Positions 52,905-61,540 of a stretch of 64,000 nucleotides of DNA are shown one piece after another. The position numbers and the translations under genes are program-made. Location: the NCBI GenBank assembly GCA_964567905.1, contig CAZMOF010000001.1, positions 7,868 through 71,867 on the forward strand, given 5' to 3'. The notes below the pieces were generated by a model. It saw only the letters and a list, made by a program, of their open reading frames with translations, did no database searches and was not told the DNA's origin. The stretch is from an uncultured Aquiluna sp. (GTDB lineage Bacteria > Actinomycetota > Actinomycetes > Actinomycetales > Microbacteriaceae). How positions within the stretch are numbered: the first letter of the stretch is position 1; each line of letters opens with the position of its first letter.

Positions 52905-54670
52905 TCAAGAATGTCGAGAAGCCTGGTGCCAGCTGAAATGGTGGCTCCAACACTGACACCGATGTTGGTGACTTTTCCCGCTCGGTGAGCTGTAAGGGGC
53001 TGTTCCATTTTCATAGCCTCCAGAACTACCAACAGCTCTCCCTCCTGAACCATCTGCCCATCCTGCACAGCTAGTTTCACAACTGTTGCTTGCATAGGTG
53101 CGAGCAAAGAGTTTCCCTTGGCGCCTGTGTGACTGGATGCCTGGTGTGACTTTTTCCGCCTGTGAATTTTAGGAACGGAGGAGCTCTCTCCGGTTACCAA
53201 GAATCTTGGAACACTTACTGTTAGCCGTTTACCTTCAACCTCAACGACCAAATCTTTCATTTGAGTTGGAGTTGGTAATTCTTCCTGCTGTCCACTCCAT
53301 GGCTGAATCGGGTTTGACCAATCCGTTTCAATCCAACGTGTGTGCACATCGAAGCTTCCAGATTCGGCTGTGTACGCGGGATGGGAAACAATCAAACGGT
53401 GAAAAGGTAGGACTGTCGGCAAACCGTGAACCTGCATCTCTTCGAGCGCTCTGCGCGCTCTTTCCAAAGCTTGATTCCTATCGCTGCCAGTGACAATCAG
53501 CTTTGCCATCATGGAGTCAAAGTTTCCCGATATCACATCACCTGAGACAACACCCGAGTCCACCCTGACACCTGGGCCGGAAGGTGCCGAGAATAGATGA
53601 ATTGGACCTGGAGATGGCAGGAAGTTTCTTCCTGGGTCTTCGCCATTGATGCGAAACTCAATTGAGTGGCCCTTGATTTCAGGGTCTTGATACTCGAGCT
53701 TTCCGCCTTCGGCAATGCGGAATTGCTCCCGAACCAGATCAATCCCCGTGACCTCTTCAGAGACTGGGTGCTCCACCTGAAGCCTCGTGTTCACCTCAAG
53801 AAATGAGATTGTTCCATCTCGGGCGACTAAGAATTCACAGGTTCCAGCCCCGACATAACCAACTTCTTTGAGAATTTTCTTTGATGCCTCGTAAAGCTCT
53901 TTGGTTTGAGAGTCACTCAAAAAAGGCGCAGGTGCTTCCTCAACCAGTTTCTGGTGTCTTCGCTGCAGTGAACAGTCTCTGGTGGAAATAACAACAACGT
54001 TCCCGTGCTCATCGGCTAAACACTGTGTTTCGACGTGCCTTGGCTTTTCGAGATACTTTTCAATAAAGCACTCTCCACGACCAAAAGCTGCAACAGCTTC
54101 ACGAGTTGCAGACTCGAAGAGCTCTTGGATCTCAGATTTCTCTCTGACAACCTTGATTCCTCTTCCACCTCCGCCATAGGCGGCTTTTATCGCAACCGGC
54201 AGACCATGCTTGCCAACAAACTCCTCGACCTCAGCCACTGAAGAAACTGGATCCTTAGTTCCAGGAGCCAGGGGAGCACCAACTTTTTCGGCAACCTGAC
54301 GGGCCGATAATTTGTCGCCGAGTCTTTCTATGGCGCTCACTGGTGGTCCAACCCAGATCAAACCTGCATCGATAACCGCCTTGGCAAAGTGGGCATTTTC
54401 AGAAAGGAATCCATAACCAGGATGAACCGCGTTCGCACCAGATCGGCGAGCGATACCTAGGAGCTTCTCCGTTACAAGGTAAGTTTCAGCGGCGGTTTCA
54501 CCCTCCAGAGAGTAGGCCTCGTCAGCTAGCTGGACATGCTGAGCATCCCTGTCAGCAAGCGCGTAGACAGCAACTGTCTGAATTCCACTGTCCCTAGCGG
54601 CTCTAATGATTCGAACTGCAATCTCACCTCTGTTAGCAATCAGCAGTTTCTTTATTTGTCTCACGGCCAT
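52901..54670 (-). CDS. accA: Acyl-CoA carboxylase alpha subunit (biotin carboxylase + BCCP)
   Basis: [31 protein letters not shown], biotinyl motif EAMKME. Confidence 0.96.
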   Translation of the reverse strand: MAVRQIKKLLIANRGEIAVRIIRAARDSGIQTVAVYALADRDAQHVQLADEAYSLEGETAAETYLVTEKLLGIARRSGANAVHPGYGFLSENAHFAKAVIDAGLIWVGPPVSAIERLGDKLSARQVAEKVGAPLAPGTKDPVSSVAEVEEFVGKHGLPVAIKAAYGGGGRGIKVVREKSEIQELFESATREAVAAFGRGECFIEKYLEKPRHVETQCLADEHGNVVVISTRDCSLQRRHQKLVEEAPAPFLSDSQTKELYEASKKILKEVGYVGAGTCEFLVARDGTISFLEVNTRLQVEHPVSEEVTGIDLVREQFRIAEGGKLEYQDPEIKGHSIEFRINGEDPGRNFLPSPGPIHLFSAPSGPGVRVDSGVVSGDVISGNFDSMMAKLIVTGSDRNQALERARRALEEMQVHGLPTVLPFHRLIVSHPAYTAESGSFDVHTRWIETDWSNPIQPWSGQQEELPTPTQMKDLVVEVEGKRLTVSVPRFLVTGESSSVPKIHRRKKSHQASSHTGAKGNSLLAPMQATVVKLAVQDGQMVQEGELLVVLEAMKMEQPLTAHRAGKVTNIGVSVGATISAGTRLLDILD

Positions 54671-54678
54671 AATCGGAT

Positions 54679-54722
54679 AGCTTATTGGCCAAAAAGGAGC
54701 AGAAATTAGAAGTTTTCGACAA
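54679..54722 (-). promoter_or_regulatory. accA promoter: upstream box TTGT-N9-CTAA and -10 TAAGCT
   Basis: Minus strand TTGTCGAAAACTTCTAATTTCTGCTCCTTTTTGGCCAATAAGCT-N8-ATG, co-linear with the accD promoter. Confidence 0.6.
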
Positions 54723-54744
54723 AAAACTTGCTCTTTTGTTGATG

Positions 54745-55341
54745 CTATCGCCAGAAGTCTTGGTAGTTGTGACCAAGCTCAGCCATCATTTTTCGCAAAG
54801 CCACTAGGGAAAGCCCAACGACGGTGTGATAGTCGCCTTCAATTCGCTCCACGTAAGTCCCACCTATGGAATCAATTGTGAATGCACCAGCCACTGCCAA
54901 AGGTTCTCCGGTTGATACGTATCTCTCAATCTCGCTGTCAGATATATCGGCAAAAAGCACCTTCGTCTTACTGCAAAAACTGGCAGATCTACCATCAGCT
55001 GAAATGAGATGGTGTCCTGAAGCTAAAGTTCCCCACTTGCCACGCATACTCTTCCAACGATCCTTTGCTACCTCCTCCAGCAGGGGCTTACCCAGGATTT
55101 CTCCACCAAACTCGAGAGCGCTATCGCAGCCCAGAATCAACTCTGCGGGACCTTGCTCGTAAACAGCCTCCGCCTTGGCTTTGGCGAGTAGCAAAGTCAT
55201 TTCTTCGGCCGTCGCAGGCCTCAGCTTTTCAACCAGCACTTCTTCATCCACGCCAGGAGAGATGGCCTCGAAGTTGATTCCCGCATCAGTCAAAAGCTTC
55301 TTGCGCGCAGGAGAGGTCGAAGCGAGAACAAGTTTTGGCAC
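54745..55341 (-). CDS. maf: Maf-family nucleoside triphosphate pyrophosphatase
   Basis: [35 protein letters not shown]. Confidence 0.93.
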   Translation of the reverse strand: MPKLVLASTSPARKKLLTDAGINFEAISPGVDEEVLVEKLRPATAEEMTLLLAKAKAEAVYEQGPAELILGCDSALEFGGEILGKPLLEEVAKDRWKSMRGKWGTLASGHHLISADGRSASFCSKTKVLFADISDSEIERYVSTGEPLAVAGAFTIDSIGGTYVERIEGDYHTVVGLSLVALRKMMAELGHNYQDFWR

Positions 55342-55372
55342 AGAACAAGGTTAGCTGTGAAACACTAGGCGA

Positions 55373-56518
55373 GTGTCTGTAGAACTAAAAATCGACAAGG
55401 TTGCGCACGGGGGAGTCTTCGTTGCTCGACCTGAGGGCAAAGTTGTCTTTGTAGAAGGCGTGCTCCCTGGTGAAGTTGTAGAAGCAGAAATAATTGATGA
55501 AAAGTCAAATTTTCTAAGGGCCATCCCAAGCAAAATAATTGAAGCCAGCCCTTATAGACGAAAACACATTTGGGAAGATGCCGAACGCGGTGCCGGCGGA
55601 GCAGACTTTGGCCACATCGAACTCAACTATCAGCGGATACTAAAGACTCAGGTTTTGCGAGAAGCCCTCGCAAGGTTTGCTGGGCTGGAATCAGAAGTTC
55701 TCGTTGAACCTGTCGATGACTCTGATGGATTGCACTACCGGACTCGAATTCAGGTTCACTATGACCAAAGAGCGCGAGCTTCTGTAAAGAAAGTTAGAAG
55801 TGATGACCTTGTACCAATCAGGTCGTATCCGCTGGCGGAACAAGCCCTAGAAGATGTAGCTCTTAGGAATCCAGCGAAATACACAGATCTGAGAGTTGCG
55901 TTGGCAATTGATTCTTTTGGGAACATTGTCGACTCGGGGCAAAAGTCTCCTTTGCAGCTTTCTCAAGTTGTTGGCGAAAGACTTTTTGAACTTTCACCCC
56001 AAACCTTTTGGCAAGCCCACCGTCTTGCCCCCAGCAAACTTGCTGACGAAGTCCAGACAAGATTGGAAAAGTTTCATGTGCTGGAGGTTCTGGACCTGTA
56101 TTCCGGAGTTGGCCTCTTTGCCGCTACCACGGCAGCAAAATACGCAACTGTTCCCGTCAAGGCTGTGGAGCTGAATAAGCAAGCAGTGAAAGATGGAAAG
56201 AAAAGTGCCAGAGATCTCAAGAATTTGTCATTTGAAACATCTGACGTCCTGGTCTACCTCAGGAAGCGACTTGAGCCGCTAGACACGGTAGTGCTTGATC
56301 CTCCCCGCTCGGGAGCAAATAGCAAGGTACTTGGTCATCTAGCAAGGCTTGGAGCAAAGAATATTGTTTACGTTGCCTGCGATCCCGTTGCTGCGGCAAG
56401 AGACATAAAACAGCTAACTGAAATGGGCTACTCACTAAACGAAATCAAATCTTTTGATATCTTTCCGCACACTCACCACTTCGAAACCGTGATGTCATTT
56501 GCGAAAGTGGGCAGCTGA
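55373..56518 (+). CDS. TRAM-domain RNA m5U methyltransferase (RlmD/TrmA family)
   Basis: N-terminal TRAM, FWQ, DLYSGVGLF, LDPPRSG, YVACDP, DIFPHTHHFE. Confidence 0.9.
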   Translation: MSVELKIDKVAHGGVFVARPEGKVVFVEGVLPGEVVEAEIIDEKSNFLRAIPSKIIEASPYRRKHIWEDAERGAGGADFGHIELNYQRILKTQVLREALARFAGLESEVLVEPVDDSDGLHYRTRIQVHYDQRARASVKKVRSDDLVPIRSYPLAEQALEDVALRNPAKYTDLRVALAIDSFGNIVDSGQKSPLQLSQVVGERLFELSPQTFWQAHRLAPSKLADEVQTRLEKFHVLEVLDLYSGVGLFAATTAAKYATVPVKAVELNKQAVKDGKKSARDLKNLSFETSDVLVYLRKRLEPLDTVVLDPPRSGANSKVLGHLARLGAKNIVYVACDPVAAARDIKQLTEMGYSLNEIKSFDIFPHTHHFETVMSFAKVGS

Positions 56519-56522
56519 TAAT

Positions 56523-56555
56523 AAGAAAAAGGGCGAGTAGTCGCCCTTTGTTCTT
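56523..56555. terminator. Bidirectional intrinsic terminator between the TRAM methyltransferase and the accD-accE/sRNA transcripts
   Basis: AAGAAAAAGGGCGA-gtag-TCGCCCTTTGTTCTT with U-rich tails on both strands. Confidence 0.8.
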
Positions 56556-56610
56556 CCCATCCCCCGAAGCTAGTCACCGCAACCCTTCTTTGCGTTTGGT
56601 GACTATCTTC
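56523..56610 (-). ncRNA. Candidate small RNA (~90 nt): hairpin + unpaired GGGGGAUGGG + terminator
   Basis: Stem GAAGAUAGUCACC/GGUGACUAGCUUC (56566-56610), 10-nt G-rich linker, terminator AAAGGGCGA-CUAC-UCGCCCUUUUUCUU; -10 TAATCT at 56617-56622, 6 nt before the first paired base. Confidence 0.55.
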
Positions 56611-56688
56611 TAGTCCAGATTATTCAGTTTTTGGTTTTTCATCTGGTTAATTCTTCCAATTCTTGCCGATAGGTTTTTAGCTATTTTT

Positions 56689-56880
56689 TCAATCAGATTT
56701 TCTCTGCAGGGTCTGCCGAAGACCAGAACCACTGGTCCAATTTGACTGCGAAACCTGTTGTTGGGCGGCTTTACTGGACAGTAGTGAAGAGATCACAGCG
56801 ATGGCAGCCGCTTGTTCAAGCTCGCTACCCTTTTCTACTTTTATAAGTTGGGAAATTTCGTTTATAGAAGTTTTTTTCAT
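56689..56880 (-). CDS. accE: Acyl-CoA carboxylase epsilon subunit (putative)
   Basis: 63 aa; IKVEKG..E.AAAIAVI...W pattern; TGATG coupling to the carboxyltransferase gene. Confidence 0.7.
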   Translation of the reverse strand: MKKTSINEISQLIKVEKGSELEQAAAIAVISSLLSSKAAQQQVSQSNWTSGSGLRQTLQRKSD

Positions 56881-58469
56881 CAGAGTGGAATGTTTCCGTG
56901 CTTCTTGGGAGGAAGTTCTGCCCGCTTGGTCTTCAGAGCACGAAGTGAACGTGTTACTGCAGATCTGGTAGCAGCGGGTTCAATGATGCCGTCAAGCTCG
57001 CCTCGCTCAGCAGCAAGGAAAGGGCTTGCAACGTTGTAGGTGTACTCCTTGGCAAGCTGATCACGGACCTTAGCAATATCCTGGCCCTTTTCTTCTGCCT
57101 GCTTAATTTGATCACGGAACAAAATGTTGACTGCACCCTGTCCACCCATCACCGCTATCTCTGCGGTGGGCCAAGCGAGATTTATGTCGGCACCCAGCTG
57201 CTTGGAGCCCATCACGATGTAGGCACCGCCATAGGCCTTTCTGGTAATCACGGTTACCAACGGGACCGTAGCTTCAGCGTATGCGTAGAGCAGTTTTGCC
57301 CCGCGCCGGATTACACCCGCCCACTCTTGGTCGGTACCTGGAAGATAGCCGGGCACGTCAACGAGGGTGAGAATTGGAATTGAGAAGGAATCGCAGAATC
57401 TGACAAATCTTGCAGCTTTTTCACCGGCGTCAATGTTTAGAGTCCCAGCCATCTGGAGGGGTTGACTCGCTACGATTCCCACCGATTGCCCATCAATCCT
57501 TGCAAACCCCACAATGATGTTGGGTGCAAATAGTGCTTGGATTTCGAGAAACTCTCCATCGTCCACAACCGCCTCAATTACCTCATGCATGTCGTAAGGC
57601 TGGTTTGGGCTATCTGGAATTAGTGAGTTAAGTTTTCGATCTTCCTCGGTTATTTCAAGTTCTGAATCGCTCTGGTAGGCAGGGGATTGAGAAAGGTTGT
57701 TCTCCGGTAGGTATCCAACTAGCGCTTGAACAAAGTCAATCGCGTCCTCCTCATCGGATGCTAGGTAGTGTGCCACGCCGGAGGTTTCATTGTGAGTTCT
57801 AGCGCCACCAAGCTCCTCCATGCCGACATCTTCACCAGTAACTGTCTTGATCACGTCAGGACCTGTGACGAACATGTTTGAGGTCTTGTCAACCATAACT
57901 ACGAAGTCTGTTAGCGCGGGTGAGTAGACAGCGCCGCCTGCCGCTGGCCCCATGATGATTGAGATCTGAGGGATGACTCCTGAAGCATGAGTGTTTAGAC
58001 GAAAAATTTCCCCATATTTACCAAGAGCGATTACACCCTCTTGAATACGAGCACCACCTGAATCCAACATGCCAATCAGTGGCACACCAGTTTTTATAGC
58101 GTGCTCCATCACCTTGATGATTTTGTTTCCGGCCGCTTCGCCGAGAGAACCTCCGAAAATTGTGAAGTCCTGGGAGTAGACGGCAACCTGTCGACCATGA
58201 ATGGTTCCAAAACCTGTGACTACGGAATCTCCGTACGGACGTTTGGAATCCATGCCAAATGCATTGGCACGGTGACGAACAAACTCGTCCATCTCTACAA
58301 ACGAACCTGGGTCTAGAAGCATGTCGATGCGCTCACGCGCAGTCTTCTTGCCCTTGGCATGCTGCTTCTCGATGGCAACCTCGCCGGCTGCGTGAACAGC
58401 CTCGTGATAGCGATGTCTGAGGTCCTCGAGCTTGCCAGCTGTTGTGCCGAGATCTGGTTTTTCACTCAT
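56880..58469 (-). CDS. accD: Acyl-CoA (propionyl/acetyl-CoA) carboxylase carboxyltransferase beta subunit
   Basis: [52 protein letters not shown]. Confidence 0.96.
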   Translation of the reverse strand: MSEKPDLGTTAGKLEDLRHRYHEAVHAAGEVAIEKQHAKGKKTARERIDMLLDPGSFVEMDEFVRHRANAFGMDSKRPYGDSVVTGFGTIHGRQVAVYSQDFTIFGGSLGEAAGNKIIKVMEHAIKTGVPLIGMLDSGGARIQEGVIALGKYGEIFRLNTHASGVIPQISIIMGPAAGGAVYSPALTDFVVMVDKTSNMFVTGPDVIKTVTGEDVGMEELGGARTHNETSGVAHYLASDEEDAIDFVQALVGYLPENNLSQSPAYQSDSELEITEEDRKLNSLIPDSPNQPYDMHEVIEAVVDDGEFLEIQALFAPNIIVGFARIDGQSVGIVASQPLQMAGTLNIDAGEKAARFVRFCDSFSIPILTLVDVPGYLPGTDQEWAGVIRRGAKLLYAYAEATVPLVTVITRKAYGGAYIVMGSKQLGADINLAWPTAEIAVMGGQGAVNILFRDQIKQAEEKGQDIAKVRDQLAKEYTYNVASPFLAAERGELDGIIEPAATRSAVTRSLRALKTKRAELPPKKHGNIPL

Positions 58470-58477
58470 GGGGTCCT

Positions 58478-58553
58478 ACTTTATTGCCGAAAATAGTGTC
58501 CGAATTGCATACTTCACACAAAGACTTTTCAAGTTCATTGAGGAATCCCACAA
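58478..58553 (-). promoter_or_regulatory. accD promoter: boxes TTGT-N8-TCAA and TTGT-N9-GCAA, -10 TAAAGT
   Basis: Minus strand TTGTGTGAAGTATGCAATTCGGACACTATTTTCGGCAATAAAGT-N8-ATG; second box TTGTGGGATTCCTCAA 32 nt further upstream. Confidence 0.6.
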
Positions 58554-58580
58554 GCTGCTTGGGTGCAATAGGGTTTTTCC

Positions 58581-59315
58581 ATGCAGCTGGCTAAATCAAG
58601 ATCAGTGGTTCCGGGACTCAGATTCGTAGAGACAATCGACTCAACGAACGCCGAACTGGCCCGCGAATACGCCAGCTTGCCTGATTTTTCCGTCCTTGTC
58701 GCCCAGGAGCAGACAGGCGGGCAGGGTCGAGCGGGTCGAAGTTGGATATCAATGCCAGGCGCATCGATTTCGCTATCGGTGCTACTCAGGCCGAACCGTA
58801 GCGAGATCTCCGGACTAATTACCCTGATGGCGGCAGTGAGTATTCATCAAGCCCTAACTCATTTGTTTTCGAGCATCCCGATTTCAATTAAGTGGCCAAA
58901 TGATCTTTTGATAGAAGAGCGAAAGCTGGCAGGGATTCTTGCTCAGAGAAACAGTGACGGCAGTGTGGTTTGTGGAGTAGGAATCAATCTTTTTCCCCAG
59001 TCGCAGGCTCCAGAAACAGCCGCGGCACTCAGCGAATTTGTCACGCCTGACTTTGATGAGATCACAGCAGCAGTTCTAGCTTCTCTAAAGAACAATTGGG
59101 AAAAACTTCAATCAGGAAAAGACGCTAGCTGGCTTCTCGAGGAGGTTCGCACTAATTGCTCAACACTGGGCACTGAAGTGAGAGCGGAATTAGCCAGTGG
59201 TGAAATTATTGAGGGGAAAGCCACCAGGATTACCAGTGATGGCTACCTGGTTATTCAAAACGAAAAAGAACACACACTGTCAGCTGCCGATGTTTGGCAT
59301 CTACGCAAGCATTAG
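58581..59315 (+). CDS. birA: Biotin-protein ligase (no N-terminal HTH)
   Basis: DSTN, QTGGQGRAGRSW, KWPNDL, KLAGIL, GVGIN. Confidence 0.95.
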   Translation: MQLAKSRSVVPGLRFVETIDSTNAELAREYASLPDFSVLVAQEQTGGQGRAGRSWISMPGASISLSVLLRPNRSEISGLITLMAAVSIHQALTHLFSSIPISIKWPNDLLIEERKLAGILAQRNSDGSVVCGVGINLFPQSQAPETAAALSEFVTPDFDEITAAVLASLKNNWEKLQSGKDASWLLEEVRTNCSTLGTEVRAELASGEIIEGKATRITSDGYLVIQNEKEHTLSAADVWHLRKH

Positions 59316-59323
59316 GAAAAAGC

Positions 59324-60451
59324 ATGTATCGAGTCGGAGTCATTGGTGGTGGCCAGCTAGCACGCATGATGCATCCTGCTGCGATCGCCCTAGGGATTCA
59401 GCTCAAAGTATTGTCTGAGACCGAGGGGTCTTCTGCTCATGCGGCAACCACAATGGTTGGAGATTACAAAGATCTCAACACACTAAGAAAATTTGCGTCC
59501 ACAGTTGATGTGATCACCTTTGACCATGAACATGTTCCGGTTGAGCTGCTGCAAGAAATTGAGCGAGAGGGAACACCAGTAAGACCTAGTCCAGGTGCGC
59601 TCATACACGCCCAAAACAAACTGGTTATGCGCCAACAGCTAACCAAGCTTTCTCTTCCCCAACCTGCTTGGGCTGAGATTAGAAATCAAGCAGATCTCAA
59701 AGATTTTCTCAGCGGAAAAGGCTCAGTCATTGTGAAAACGCCAATTGGTGGATATGACGGCAAGGGAGTTCGAGTAGTCAGCGATCCAACGGAAGTTGCC
59801 GATTGGTTTGAAAATATCTCAAGATTCGGCGGCAGTCTTCTTGCTGAGGAGAAAGTTCAGTTTGTTAGAGAGCTGTCCCAACTTTCTGCGCGAAGCCAAA
59901 GCGGTCAGTTTCTCTCTTGGCCTCTCGTTCAAACTATTCAGCGAGGGGGAGTGTGCTCGGAGGTTATTGCCCCTGCTCCCGACAGTGAGCATTTAGGTAA
60001 CTCGGTGGACATTGCAAAGTCAATCTCTGAGGGTCTTGGTGTTGTCGGAGTCTTGGCTGTGGAGTTGTTTGAAGATGAACAGGGCCGACTGTTAGTGAAC
60101 GAACTTGCGATGCGACCACACAATTCTGGTCATTTCACAATTGAAGGGTCGGTGACATCACAATTCGAACAGCATCTGCGTGCAGTTTTGGACTTACCCC
60201 TGGGAAAGACAAATATGAAAATGTCTAGCGCCGTGATGCTAAATCTTCTCGGAGTTGATGATCAGAACACCTTTGTTGAGCACTACGCCGATGCCATGGA
60301 AAACTTCCCAGAAGCAAAGTTCCACTCCTACGAGAAGGGAGCTAGGGCCGGTCGCAAGATGGGTCACATCACTCTTGTCGGGGATGACTGGCAGGACCTT
60401 TTAGCCAGGGGCAATCAGGCACGCCAGATCCTCTACGGCAACGCAGAATAG
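59324..60451 (+). CDS. purK: N5-carboxyaminoimidazole ribonucleotide synthase
   Basis: IGGGQLARM, TFDHEHVP, GGYDGKG, NELAMRPHNSGH, GRKMGH; ATG 59324 with AGGA SD. Confidence 0.96.
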   Translation: MYRVGVIGGGQLARMMHPAAIALGIQLKVLSETEGSSAHAATTMVGDYKDLNTLRKFASTVDVITFDHEHVPVELLQEIEREGTPVRPSPGALIHAQNKLVMRQQLTKLSLPQPAWAEIRNQADLKDFLSGKGSVIVKTPIGGYDGKGVRVVSDPTEVADWFENISRFGGSLLAEEKVQFVRELSQLSARSQSGQFLSWPLVQTIQRGGVCSEVIAPAPDSEHLGNSVDIAKSISEGLGVVGVLAVELFEDEQGRLLVNELAMRPHNSGHFTIEGSVTSQFEQHLRAVLDLPLGKTNMKMSSAVMLNLLGVDDQNTFVEHYADAMENFPEAKFHSYEKGARAGRKMGHITLVGDDWQDLLARGNQARQILYGNAE

Positions 60452-60460
60452 ACTTTTGCC

Positions 60461-60949
60461 ATGGCACTGGTTGCAATTGTGATGGGTTCTGACTCCGACT
60501 GGAAAATCATGCAGCAGGCTCAGCAAGTTCTCGGTGAATTTGGAGTGGAGTGCGAGGTGGAGGTACTGAGCGCTCATCGAACTCCTGAAAAAATGATCGC
60601 TTGGGGCAAAGGCGCAGCAGATAGAGGCCTGAAAGTAATCATTGCTGGTGCCGGTGGTGCTGCACATCTTCCCGGCATGTTGGCTTCTGTTACATCCCTG
60701 CCAGTTGTGGGTGTTCCGGTGTCACTCAATCACCTCGATGGTTTGGACTCGCTTCTTTCAATTGTTCAAATGCCATCCGGTGTCCCAGTCGCGACTGTCT
60801 CAATTGACGGTGCTAAAAATGCAGGACTGTTGGCGCTAAAGATTCTTGGAACTACCGATCTTGAGCTTCAGAAAAAACTCGACAGCTATCGAGCAGATTT
60901 ACAGAAACTGGTAGAAGAAAAAAACCAGAACCTCAAATCAAGCCTCTAA
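60461..60949 (+). CDS. purE: N5-CAIR mutase
   Basis: [37 protein letters not shown]. Confidence 0.97.
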   Translation: MALVAIVMGSDSDWKIMQQAQQVLGEFGVECEVEVLSAHRTPEKMIAWGKGAADRGLKVIIAGAGGAAHLPGMLASVTSLPVVGVPVSLNHLDGLDSLLSIVQMPSGVPVATVSIDGAKNAGLLALKILGTTDLELQKKLDSYRADLQKLVEEKNQNLKSSL

Positions 60950-61023
60950 TCCGCTAATCCACGCCTTTCATCAGGCTTTTTTAAGAATCTCAACTTAGGG
61001 TTGAAGGTAGCTGGAGGTGAGCC

Positions 61024-61539
61024 ATGCCTAGATTTCGTCTTTTATTCATAGGTGTTCTGTCGTCAGTTCTGCTCACCGGCTGCAGCATCTTTTATCCGAA
61101 CTGGGGCGCAACGGGCCTGCCCGAAGAAACTGAATCCACAACCACGCAATCACCGCAGACGGATTCGGCAACTGAGGAGCCTGCTGAGACAACGGAACCG
61201 GAGGCTCAACCTTCGGAAACAGAGACTGCTGCGGAAAAACTTCCAGCCGAGGTTGTCATTCTTATGGCTGTTGCTGAACCGGATTTGGGTGTCTTAACAG
61301 TCGTGGCTCAGATTCCAAATCTGAGTGAAACCGGTGGCACCTGCACAATGCGCTTTTTGGGAAACAACATCGAAAAGAAACTTCAGGTCAAGGCCGAGCC
61401 TTCGTCCGCTTACACCCAGTGTTTCCCAATTGAATTTCCGCTGGCCGAATTGCCGCGTGGCAACGGGGTGGTGACCGTAACTTACGAATCCGAGCGTCAC
61501 AGCGGGGTATCTGCCGCAACCTCGGTGGTGATTCCATAG
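61024..61539 (+). CDS. Hypothetical lipoprotein (T/E/P-rich linker + small beta domain with two Cys)
   Basis: Lipobox LTGC, SD GGAGG; 1 nt upstream of the next gene. Confidence 0.7.
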   Translation: MPRFRLLFIGVLSSVLLTGCSIFYPNWGATGLPEETESTTTQSPQTDSATEEPAETTEPEAQPSETETAAEKLPAEVVILMAVAEPDLGVLTVVAQIPNLSETGGTCTMRFLGNNIEKKLQVKAEPSSAYTQCFPIEFPLAELPRGNGVVTVTYESERHSGVSAATSVVIP

Positions 61540-61540
61540 C

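Noticed and set aside
56523-56610. Identification as 6C RNA, Ms1/6S RNA or tRNA
   Set aside because: No pair of loops with 6 or more C, too short for Ms1/6S, no cloverleaf or T-loop
56610-56642. 10-codon ORF MKNQKLNNLD on the minus strand downstream of accE
   Set aside because: Weak SD, AT-rich, and it coincides with the proposed sRNA promoter; short ORFs are expected by chance (Ribo-seq could revive it)
60965-61005. Possible MprA-like direct repeats and a TCAAC/GTTGA palindrome upstream of the lipoprotein
   Set aside because: Too degenerate to support from one sequence
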